Shown: positions 1 through 27,800 of the stretch, piece by piece
Position numbering within the stretch: the first letter of the stretch is position 1
How the letters are laid out: every line of letters starts with the position of its first letter
Assembly: GCA_964035545.1 (NCBI GenBank)
Contig: OZ037771.1
Coordinates: forward strand, 9,231,408-9,295,407
Length of the DNA: 64,000 nt
From: Bugula neritina
Lineage: Eukaryota; Animalia; Bryozoa
Direction: 5' to 3'
Translations under genes and position numbers: made by a program
Notes under the pieces: generated by a model
What the model was told of the DNA's origin: nothing
The model's input: only the letters and a program-made list of their open reading frames with translations
Database searches by the model: none

Positions 1-1934
1 ATTTTAATGTATTGTAAATTTATTTGCGTGAATATTTTTTGAAAACAAATTGTATTTCTTGCCTTCATTTATTCACTTCATAATTGAGTGAAACACAACA
101 GTTCAGTAATAACAACTACTCAATTAAAATACAATATTCTTTATAGTTCTAGTAAGTGACACTAACAACCTTAGTACAACGCACAGTGCATGATGCACCT
201 CTATGCCTTTGCTCTAGCAAATAGATAACAGTAGCTTAAGGCTAACGGTTACAAACTTAGTTGTGTTTTTCACTTTGCTTTTGGTTTTTACTGTCTGAAG
301 TAGTTTCACTAAATTATGCTTATTGAATTCCAGTTTACTGAGTTAGGCATATTCTTGGTTTATTATCAACTGTTTATGTCTGTTTGGACTTGTCTGCTCT
401 TTTTCTTCGACTACGCTTCACCTGCTGTGCCACACTTCCTGCGATACACTTCCTGCGATACACTTACTGCATTACACTTGTTTTAGCTGCCTGTAGATGA
501 TACGGTCTCAGCATAACTTCACGGTAAATAATCTCACCAGTTATTGGGTATATCCTCACATTCAGCTTATGCTCCAAATATTACATCATTCTTGTGAGAT
601 TACCCCACACTGCTGTACTATTAGTTAACTAGTTTAACAACAACTGGCTGGTATAAAAACTCTACTATGCTCTCCACAACTCACTGAGTGTTTTCATTTC
701 TCTCCAACTGTGTGCAGTTACTAACTGTGATTAAGTTTTACACCAGTGTTGCTGTTTCACTGTTTACTTATTCATATTTTCTGTTAAGGGCGTTGCATAC
801 ATGCGACTACACCATGCCTCCACTCTGTCTATACACTCTGGTAGTCTCAGAAGATATTTCAGAATTAAACTCAAATCCCTCTACTCATACAAGTTATACT
901 GGAATGTCATAGAGAATTTCATGACTTAGTTATGATGTTGCTGCCAGCTGATTGGTTGTTGTCAGTACGCTGCCACTGAGCTGTGACACTCAAATGATGT
1001 GGCAAACTTTCATCTTCAGGAGATAGGCACTTGTATTAGAACTCATTGAAGTAATTTTCTTGTAGAGCCCTAAACCAGATGCACACAGCAGCTTATCCGA
1101 GTGGATAAAGGAAACTGAGAAGAAAGTATCAAGTTTAACAGCTAAAATTGAATAGATATGATGATCTAGTACCTTCACACACTTATGCTGACAGCTATAT
1201 GAATATATACAGTGTGCTATTGTTTGTTAAGTTAAGTAATATGGAAATTATAATTTAAATATTTTTCTGAAAAATGTGGTGTTAGATATAAACTAAACAA
1301 CACTAGATAGCATCATAAATGATGAGAAAACAACAGGACTTTAATAGCCTAGGTAATTTATATACATTAGAAAGTCTGTTTTCTACTTTATAGTCTTTAC
1401 ATGCAATAAACCTTTGTTAGTATTTTGTCCTAATAATTTTCATTTCCAACTGCAAGCATTGGAATGTGTTTATGTAACCAGTAGACAACTCCTAACATTT
1501 ACCTATTAGAATTTAATTATTAGCAACTATAAGCACTCTATGAGTGTGTATCTTTAACTGCCTGTTTGCTAGTTTTATATAACTGTGATATGTTATTCTA
1601 TTAAATCTGGAATACACTAGTATTTATTTTACTGTATGCTTACATATAATATAATATACGCTATAGTACCATACTATAGGTATTCTATCTTGTATCATGT
1701 GCTCTATATTATGTACACGGTGACGTATACTACTTTCTATACACTTTTATTGACTCCAGTGTCCCTCAGCTACCAACGTTTTTTACTCTTAAAATGTTCA
1801 AATGTTAATACTAAGACATTAACTCATAGTTCTCCTCCAGAGAGTTGTACTCGACGCAAGTATTTAGTTGAGGACAAGAGGTAAGGCTGTAGAGAGATAA
1901 CGTTGTCTACTGCCCAAGAGCTTGTTTGCTGCTG

Positions 1935-1987
<53 letters not shown>

Positions 1988-2031
1988 GTATACGAGAAAC
2001 ATTGTTATTTATTACTTTATTAGGTAAAGTA

Positions 2032-2080
2032 ATTACACTGATATTTCGGGTACCACTGTACCCATCTTCAGAGTAGCAAT
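2032..2080 (-). ncRNA. Minimal type I hammerhead ribozyme (PLE type)
   Basis: Minus strand reads attgctact CTGAAGA t gggtac agtg gtaccc GAAA ta TC agtgtaat: core boxes, 6-bp stem II, vestigial stem III, stem I act/agt extended by attgc/gtaat. Confidence 0.7.
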
Positions 2081-2124
2081 GAATGAAATTCAAAAATTAA
2101 TATGTTAATTTTTGAATTTCATTC

Positions 2125-2173
2125 ATTGCTACTCTGAAGATGATTACAGTGGTACCCGAAATATCAGTGTAAT
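2125..2173 (+). ncRNA. Minimal hammerhead ribozyme copy with damaged stem II
   Basis: Same motif as 2032-2080, but the 5' arm of stem II is gattac instead of gggtac (two mismatches). Confidence 0.5.
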
Positions 2174-2255
2174 TACTTTACCTAATAAAGTAATAAATAA
2201 CAATGTTTCTCGTATACCTATTTATAATCAAATTGCTAGCTCGTAAAGATATATT

Positions 2256-2334
<79 letters not shown>

Positions 2335-2478
2335 GTATATATATATAATGTATGCTGATTGTCAATCTAGTTGGAGTTCCAGCAAAGTAAAGTGCTCGAT
2401 ATCACGGGTGACAGAGCTAATATAATGTAGTGTGTTCAGATTGTTAATGATACATATATATTTTTTTATTTAAAAAAT

Positions 2479-2529
2479 CTCACACGACTATATAGTTTCG
2501 TACAGTAAACTGCACTCGTCAGGTGTTAG
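2479..2529 (-). ncRNA. Type I hammerhead ribozyme in the inverted pLTR
   Basis: Minus strand reads ctaacac CTGACGA gtgcag ttta ctgtac GAAA ctatatag TC gtgtgag. Confidence 0.85.
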
Positions 2530-2602
2530 ACTAAAAATAAATAAAATCTATGGAGCATACCGATTATTCAAATTTTTACATAAAGAAAATTATCATGCTA
2601 AA

Positions 2603-2989
2603 TGCCTCACAAAGTGCATCATATACCAAGCTACAGTTACAACCAAAGATGGCAGCCAACCCCAGACTTACGTGGGAACATCAGAAACAGAATTCAAAAC
2701 CAGATTGTATAACCACAAATCAACTTTTAACAACAAAACAAAAAAGAACCATACTGAATTGAGCAAATATATCTGGAAACTAAAAGACAAGAACACCCAT
2801 TTTGACATAACATGGAAAATTATGAAAAAGACCAACTCATACAACAAAGTCACTAAAAGGTGCAACCTCTGTCTATGGGAAAAATATTTCATAATATACC
2901 AGCCCAGCAAATCTTCCCTTAATAACAGAAATGAGATTCTATCCACATGCAGACATGCACGTAAGCACTACCTGGGCAACATCACATAA
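2603..2989 (+). pseudogene. GIY-YIG endonuclease domain, C-terminal part of a PLE ORF
   Basis: Open frame CLTKCIIYQATV...QTYVGTSETEFKTRLYNH...CNLCLWEK...LNNRNEILSTCRH. IIY/YVG are the GIY/YIG boxes. No RT domain and no start codon upstream. Confidence 0.85.
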
Positions 2990-3222
2990 CAATACTAACA
3001 ATTCTCAACCATAGTACTACCTATTATAAATTACCCTTTCCATCAAACATCTAGCTTTTATAGTCTAATCCTTTAGAAAAAGAGCAATTTAATTAATTAA
3101 TAGATGACACCAAATCTTCTACTATGTTTGCATTTCGTTTTACGTTGTGTTTAGCATGATAATTTTCTTTGTGTAAAGATTTGAATAATCGGTATGCTCC
3201 ATAGATTTTATTTATTTTTAGT

Positions 3223-3273
3223 CTAACACCTGACGAGCGCAGTTTACTGTGCGAAACTATATAGTCGTGTGAG
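3223..3273 (+). ncRNA. Type I hammerhead ribozyme in the 3' pLTR
   Basis: ctaacac CTGACGA gcgcag ttta ctgtgc GAAA ctatatag TC gtgtgag; GUC cleavage triplet and short palindromic stem III. Confidence 0.88.
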
Positions 3274-3401
3274 ATTTTTTAAATAAAAAAAATATATGTA
3301 TCATTAACAATCTGAACACACTACATTATACTAGCTCTGTCACCCGTGATATCGAGCACTTTACTTTGCTGGAACTCCAACTAGATTGACAATCAGCATA
3401 C

Positions 3402-3440
<39 letters not shown>

Positions 3441-3443
<3 letters not shown>

Positions 3444-3722
3444 TTGAGATATTACGCTCTCATTTAATGCTCAGCAATGACATTAAATGATCGAGCACTC
3501 TCACCATGGTCACAAACTCAAGCTGCTAGCATTTTGCAATGCTCGTGACTCCTAGGTGACCCCTAGAGTCACTTGAGCACTCTGGCTTGAGTTTACACAC
3601 CTTTTAAATATGCTTTAGTAAAACTATAAGTTTTACTATTGCGAAGGTGTAGGCCATGGTACTCTGTTCTGTGCTGATGAGGGGACAAATCCCGAAACAG
3701 CTGCTGTCCACAGATTGAGATA
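3441..3722 (+). mobile_element. Non-coding retrozyme-like monomer (271-bp unit with terminal redundancy agattgagatat)
   Basis: Begins and ends with the same 12-mer (3441 and 3712), contains several long hairpins and a complete hammerhead, has no ORF, and lies between (TA)n tracts. Confidence 0.72.
3668..3714 (+). ncRNA. Type I hammerhead ribozyme
   Basis: tctgtg CTGATGA ggggacaaatccc GAAA cagctgctg TC cacaga; all three stems form and the cleavage triplet is GUC. Confidence 0.9.
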
Positions 3723-3729
3723 TATATAT

Positions 3730-3809
<80 letters not shown>

Positions 3810-4047
3810 TTATTTATATATTTACATATATATTTATATATATATTTATGTAATTATCAGTGCCATATATATAAACTCACATCTCCGTTAGAATTGCAAA
3901 AACTATGATCTCAAACCACAATTTATAAGCTCAAAGACTAGCCCTGATGAATTCTTTTGGTGCTTCATATTTGCCAGAGCATACATATTATTTCTTGCAT
4001 GCATATCTTGTTTATATACGTGGATATCTAGAATAATAGTTACATAT

Positions 4048-4358
4048 TGTTATGATTTTCAGATTTAGGGTTGATATGCAATCCAGAGAGTCTATTTACT
4101 TGCTAGAGAAACTTCACCAGGATAAGTCGAGTGAATACGAGTATATTTTTACACACAAAAACACATTACAAAAACTATACAAATACTTCTAATAATTCTA
4201 CACATCTATGTCATTCAGCACTCTAACTTTGACTAACTAACAGCGGGAAAACTAACTACTGCTACTAACTATAAGTGTCGCTAATTGGCTGTCCATTGTT
4301 CCGGGTCAATTACGTGACCCTGTGTATTTCGCTGCTGGTAGCTCCACGAGCCACTACA
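4048..4358 (-). mobile_element. Solo LTR related to the Gypsy element at 50088-57534
   Basis: TG...CA ends; colinear similarity to LTR 50088-50393 (tgttatgattt...gctggtagctccacgagccac). Flanks are ATAT/ATAC. Confidence 0.88.
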
Positions 4359-5524
4359 ATACGTGGTGTTGACCATCAATTTATTCATTTATTTTAGTCT
4401 TAAAACCTCACAACTTATTTTATAACAATCAGGTAATTACATTGCATAAAGTTAGTACTTAACTTCTCTAACAACTGTCGTACATTTATTCCTTTATATA
4501 ACCCAGCAATCACTCAAATGTGAATCTAATAGGAAAACAAATTTATACTTTTCACACAAAAACTTCTATCAGGAAAAATATAATATAATTTATCATGCGC
4601 TACATTGTTTGAAAATAAATATTTCATTTGGTGAGACACTACATAAGTTATTTCATCAAATTATTTATATTGTCATAATTGCCATAAATATAAATTTTCA
4701 TAGCCTAGTACAGTCATAAAACTCATAATATTGCCTGTGAAACAATCGTTATCATCTAATTTGTAAACTGTTTAAAGTGAGCTAAAACTAATCAGAAAAA
4801 AAGCTTTTAAAGCACTAAGCACAAAAGCTTTCAGAGCACATATTTGCAGCTACTTGTAGAAATCTTTCTGATTTCAACTTGTTCTTAGCTTTGTATCTTG
4901 TAGCTGAAACAGCTTAAAGCTGTGTTTAAAATGTTAGTATAAAATTAGAGCAATGCAGTTGAGATTCAGTCTTTTGTCTGATTGCAGGATGCATGGTTGG
5001 TTCAGTCAGTGGTTTAAGTTCCTGTTCTCATTCTTCTAGAAGAATCTATAACGTGAAAAACATACTTACTGCCAAAATTAACATCTTTTTTCAAGGTCTT
5101 CTGGCATTCATGAAAATAATTCAGAAATTTTGTATAATCCTGACTCCCAATTAATTTACCTTCCTATATTTTCAAATTCAATTTGCAACTAAATTAAAGT
5201 GTAATAAATTTCCATAGCTAAAAATATTTTCCATATACATATTCACCAGGAATTACTGTTTAATGTTTGTAGACGTCTATTTTAACTCAAAGAGGGAAAG
5301 GAGCTGAGAGAGATGGTGTCAATAAACTTTTCCACGAGTATTTTAAGTAGAAAATATAATGTTTTTGAACATGTATTATAATTATATAAAGTTTTCATTT
5401 ACAATATGCACATTTATATAATATTGTGTGTATATGCATTCTGTATTTATGTATTCTGTATACTGTGGTAAATATTAAGAGTTATCCCCCTTGACACATT
5501 ACTTATGGCTATTTTTCTAAATAC

Positions 5525-5998
5525 TGTAGTTATAGCTAAGTCTGTGACGTAACTTTCCAATACCTTAAATACTATGGCTATTGTTGAGCTTTTAGCATGG
5601 TAAATATTTAATCCCTTTTTCCCCCAATTACAAGTTACAATAGGCATACACTTGGTTGGGTTCATTTTTCTTGATTTATGTAAATCGACAGTTGGACCGA
5701 ATTGGGCAGGTGGATGCTGACATTAAGTCTGTCGGTTACTGACATGACGAATGTCGCCATTTCCTGCCGAATGTCGGCCCACTGTCAGTGGAAGGTTCTA
5801 GAAGTCCTTTGTTCCACTAGTATTTAAGGACACGCATTTTAGAGCATCAGTCACTTGAGGACTGGAGCTCGCACTGGATGTATCTCTACTACAATAAAGT
5901 ACTGCACGCACACGGATTCAACACTCTCTCTTGTCTCTTCTATAACAAGGAGTTATGTTCTCTGCCTGATTTCATTCTATAACCCACAAACTACTACA
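5525..5998 (+). mobile_element. Solo LTR (Gypsy-like)
   Basis: TGTAGT...ACTACA inverted ends, 4-bp TSD ATAC, internal TATTTAA and AATAAA; the 3' end (aacccaca...tactaca) resembles the LTR end of the 15769 element. Confidence 0.75.
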
Positions 5999-7483
5999 AT
6001 ACACTGCATATGCTGCAGAACATATTAATTCATATTAGCTAGTTTTTATATAGTTTTAAACCGTTGAAGTTGGCATATTATTCTGATAGGTTTTGTCTTA
6101 TTTATAAAATCTGGTTCAAAGAAAATGATACACTTCCAATTTCCTGGCTGCATGGAACAGAAAAGTTAATATAACACTGTTGATGCCTCTAAAGCCCATA
6201 AGCATAACATTTCAAGTTTAACAGAACCTCCACAGGTGTAACAGTGAGAGTGAAAGAAGACAAGCTGCAGTGTTGCTTCTCCTTGAAGTCAAATGTTAAG
6301 AGTAACACTTGATGTCATATTTCCGGCAGTTTCCAGTTATGCAGTACTAAACGGAGATGAACTTAGACTGTTGTGAAATCAACCGCTCAAAACTTGCTGA
6401 CATCACCAACTTCTTTTATCTGAAAATCAGTCAGCTTCAACTATTTCCACCTTCAAAAACTCATCACAAATGGGTAGATATTCTAAGTTTTAGGTTTTTC
6501 ATTGAAAATTGAAACACACCAAGTATTTCACAGAGCAATTTTTTTACATAATACAAATGCATATATTAGCTGAGTGACCTATGTTAAAGCTATGCTAATC
6601 ATCTTTTTTATCAAATACTGTTACTTGCTACTAGAGAGCAGGCTAGAGTTATGCATGTTTCTAAATATTATTGAATCATACTCTGATTGTTTCATTACCT
6701 AATAAAACCAAATTATGCACGTGCATCATAGACTCTTGGCCTGACTGGTTTAAAGACTTAGAATTTGAACTGATATAATACTAATACACGTAATGTAATC
6801 AACAGAAGTGTGACTAACAACCAAATAAAGCACAACATGCTGAGCCAGGAGTGTAGATATGTGAAAAAATGTCAATGGGGGTTTATATTATTCAACATGC
6901 TGTAAATTAAAATAAAACTGATTGTTGAACAATTAAAAAAAGCAACTAGGAGAACGTGAGCTACTTTATTTTTGTTATTTTTGCATTGCTGACACACATT
7001 GCTGACACACATCCTGTATGAGCTATCACTGGAATGTTGTTTAAATAAAACAGAGCAGCTGAAAACATGACTAAAATCTTAAATTGACCTCAAACACAAG
7101 CAAACACAGGATTACAATGATTTCCCTAGCATCTTGCAATATAGTGCTATATAAGCATAGGTAACTTAAATGCTGTAATAGAGATTCATCTAATGGTGCG
7201 ATGCACTATAATATGCAAGTACATTTAAAACCTTTTATTTAAAGGAAAATTTATTTGTTTGAACCTAACACAGACTTATATAATGCTGCATAACCAATAA
7301 TACTGAATAATTGTGTAAATTGTGCTAGCTCTTCAACTCGACTCAACAAGTTTTAATGTTGACATCAGTTTGCCCAATGTGATAGATTTATCAGCAGTAA
7401 TTCTTCAAGGCAATTTTTAATTGACATGCCATAAAAATATCCCAATACTTCTAATTCTTATTTACAGCCAGATTAACATGTTG

Positions 7484-7490
7484 TATAAAA
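7484..7490 (+). promoter_or_regulatory. Candidate TATA box of peroxidase paralog 1
   Basis: TATAAAA about 75 bp upstream of the ATG at 7560, similar spacing to paralog 2. Confidence 0.45.
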
Positions 7491-7559
7491 GGGAATAAAT
7501 TTATGACTTATGACACACTGCACACACTGCGCACAGGCAGAAAGTACTTGGCAAACACA

Positions 7560-24229
<16,670 letters not shown>

Positions 24230-24884
24230 TTGCACAGAAGTTAAAATGGGATGTAATATATTTTGAAATATAATGTGTCTTTAGGTTTTCAGTCAATTTA
24301 TTATACTCATCATCGAAATTGATTCACTGTATTAATGTATTTAAAAATTTACAGAATAAATAAAAAGCTTAGCGCATTACTGTGAGCCAGATACAAAGAG
24401 AGTAGCATTAAAACATTTACAGAATAATTAACAATATAACCAACTATTTGACATGAAAAATTTATTTGAGGGTTAATAGCAATAAAGTAAAAATTAAAAA
24501 GAAGATATTTGAGCTTACAAGTGGACAACAGAACAGAAAAATATTATAATAAAATCATAATGTCGATGGTGCCCCACATATCTGTTATAGCATATGTGAC
24601 ATCTCACAAAGGAGTACCTTACTCAACGTGCCATCTTTCTCATTTAGCCTGCTAATAAATACTATTTAAATATACATGAAACTAAAAGTAAATTTGTGTA
24701 ATGTTTCATTTGCATTGCATATTATATGTTCTAGCAAATCATTGGTGCTAACCTATGCAAAGTGCCATTAGCAGCGCACACAGTCTCATATACAACATGA
24801 AGCAGTTGACACAGCATGTCACATGTCTGTAGCATGTCATATCTAGATTAACAGGGCACTTGCGGAGTGTGTCATAATTGGAGG

Positions 24885-27800
24885 CTAGAATGCTGACCAC
24901 AGAACTACCTTTTTCTTTGTATCACAAGTAAGCAGCATATTGCCATCAGGATGCCATGAACATGCTGTGACTGTGTGACTACAAAAACATAAATATACAG
25001 TGTAACTTTGATAATATACAGTGTAACTTTGATAATATACAGTGTAACTCTGATAATATACAGTGTAACTCTGATAATATACAGTATAACTCTGATAATA
25101 TACAGTGTAACTCTGATAATATACAGTGTAACTCTGATAATATACAGTATAACTCTGATAATATACAGTGTAACTCTGATAATATACAGTATAACTCTGA
25201 TAATATACAGTATAACTCTGATAATATACAGCATAACTCTGATAATATACAGTGTAACTCTGATAATATTCAGTATAACTCTGATAATATACAGTATAAC
25301 TCTGATAATATACAGTATAACTCTGATAATATACAGTATAACTCTGATAATATCATGAACAGTAATAATAACACAGCAACACTATAATAATAGACAGTAA
25401 GACTACAAATATACATGATGCACTTTAGAGAATATATTACTCAATTACATCAATTGTATCATGTGGCTGTAACTAATGTGTAACAAAGCAAAAGTGAAGT
25501 TAGCAAAATATAATAAGACACAACAACTATGTGAAATCATAACAAACTAAAGGAGGTTATTAGACTTATTGGCAGTCTAATAATGGTCATAAACAGATCA
25601 ATCTAAGGATAGAATCTACAGTCTACTATAGACTAGACTACTGCATGGATATACAACTTCCTCTAAACATACTCATGTTCTTTCAGCACTTTCTCCACTT
25701 TGTTCTTATTCACATTCCAGATGTAGACGGAGCCGTCAGAACCTCCACAGCAGGCATACTCGGCATCAGGGCTGTGCAACATAATGCAGAGTTTAGCAAC
25801 ATCAACCATTGCAACAAGGTGACAACTGGCTATACAGTAACAGTAAAACTGTAGTCATGTGTGCGTACATGTAGTAGCACAGCGAGCTGTAGTAGATACT
25901 GTATAGCGAGATGTAGTAGAAACTGTATAGTGAGCTGTAGTAGATACAGTATAGTGAGCTGTAGTAGAAACTGTATAGTGAGCTGTAGTATATACTGTAT
26001 AGTGAGCTGTAGTAGATACTGTATAGTGCGCTGTAGTAGATACTGTATAGCGAGCTGTAATAGATACTGTATAGTGAACTGTAGTAGAAACTGTATAGTG
26101 AGCTGTAGTAGAAACTGTATAGTGAGCTGTAGTATATACTGTATAGTGAGCTGTAGTAGATACTGTATAGTGAACTGTAGTAGATACTGTATAGCGAGAT
26201 GTAGTAGAAACTGTATAGTGAGCTGTAGTATATACTGTATAGTGAACTGTAGTAAATACTGTATAGTGAGCTGTAGTAGATACTGTATAGTGAGCTGTAG
26301 TAGATACTGTATAGTGAACTGTAGTAGATACTGTATAGTGAGCTGTAGTAGATACTGTATAATGAGATGTAGCAGATACTGTACAGTGAGCTGTAGCAGA
26401 TACTGTATAGTGAGCTGTAGTAAAACAAACTTGTAATAAATGATTGACTCACCTCAAAATACACTTGACATAGTCGGCTCCCACATTGAATGACGGGGCT
26501 CTACAATTAGCAGATATAACTCTTGCATGTGTGAATAGAAAACTTGAAGTAATTTTCTCAATTATTGCACACGTGAAAGATTCTATAGTAGGCGGTACGC
26601 AGTAGGCGGTACTCAGTGAGCGGTACGCAGTAGGCAGTACTCACGTGAAGGTAGAAACAACTTGATTCTTCCTCAGGTCTATCATCTTGAGTGAAGGTTC
26701 TCTAGTACAGCATAACAACGTGTTTCTGTCTACATGTAAATACAATGTGAAAGGTGGTATAGGTATACCATATACCTCTGCATACATGTATATACAAAAT
26801 TAAATACAATGTAAGTATAACACATATATCTGTCTACATGTGAACACAATGTAGGTGTAGGTAAACAAGTATATACAATGTGAAACATAGTGTAAGTGCA
26901 CCAGGACTTATACTTACCACCTGCCAGACACAGTGACGTGACTTTACCCTGGAGTGTGATCTCATTGGACTGAGCATCACCAGCTCTCTTGTCCCAAAAC
27001 CGAATTTTCTTATCAAAATGGCCGCTAATGACTAGAGAGCCGATAGTAACAAGAGTATTGCAGCTTGAGCCAGCAAACATAGTTCTCACACCTTCAATAA
27101 AACTAGAATATGATATGTGCGACAATATAAACTCAGTGCATGATAATATCATTACATTTAACACATGGTAGAATAAAACAGATGCTAGTAGGAAAAACAA
27201 CACACGTCACTAGTCAAGACATGATAGAAATGTCAAAGTATTGCAGGAGAGCTAACGTATGCTAGTATATCACACATAGGAAAGACCGACACATAATATA
27301 CACATTCCAACATACTTCTGTGCACACACATAATATATTACTATTTAATCTCTTGCAGTATAATAGCTTATAATCAGTTAAATGCATATTAAATTATTGT
27401 GGCTGTTCACTGAACTTACAGGCACGTTCCCGGAGGTCCCATTGTTTTAGAGTTCTGTCATTAGAACCTGAGACTACAAGGCCGGAATCCTCCATAAACC
27501 TAGCACAGTAGACTCGGTTGGCGTGACCCGTGAGAGTGTGACGATGTCTTTGATCTTCTATATTCCAAATATGGCAGGCAAAGTCATTGGATCCAGCAAG
27601 AAGCATGTGTGATGGCTGTGAAAATAATGCAATACTATAGGGAAGTCACACCAACATCAATAAACATGAGTAAACCAAACATAAACTTATGTAATGTGAG
27701 GAGAGAGAGAGAACTTCAACAATAATAGTGGTACTCTACCCAACACATGGTGCTATCATAATAATAGTGGTACTCTACCCAACACATGGTGCTATCAAAA

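Larger units (their letters stand above)
1979..2260. mobile_element. Penelope-like element (PLE) terminal remnant: 122-bp near-perfect inverted repeat (1979-2100 / 2105-2226) with a minimal hammerhead in each arm, embedded in (TA)n
   Basis: Arms are reverse complements around a TATG loop (2101-2104). The + arm continues to about 2260 and matches a dispersed copy at 37303-37445. Inverted terminal copies carrying CTGAAGA...GAAA minimal hammerheads are typical of PLEs. Confidence 0.7.
2346..3405 (+). mobile_element. 5'-truncated Penelope-like retroelement: GIY-YIG endonuclease 3' end flanked by inverted pseudo-LTRs (2346-2602 / 3150-3405)
   Basis: About 256-bp inverted repeats, each with a hammerhead, enclose a GIY-YIG coding fragment; (TA)n on both sides. 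Confidence 0.9.
1937..3850. repeat. Interrupted (TA)n microsatellite locus (tracts about 1937-1982, 2258-2347, 3404-3440, 3720-3803)
   Basis: Pure TA runs separate the three ribozyme-bearing inserts. Confidence 0.95.

Noticed and set aside
688-1884. Short ORFs at the left end
   Set aside because: No recognisable motifs or consistent exon chain in AT-rich sequence.
3940-3990. Additional hammerhead at CTGATGA (3944)
   Set aside because: No stem II followed by GAAA, and no closing stems.
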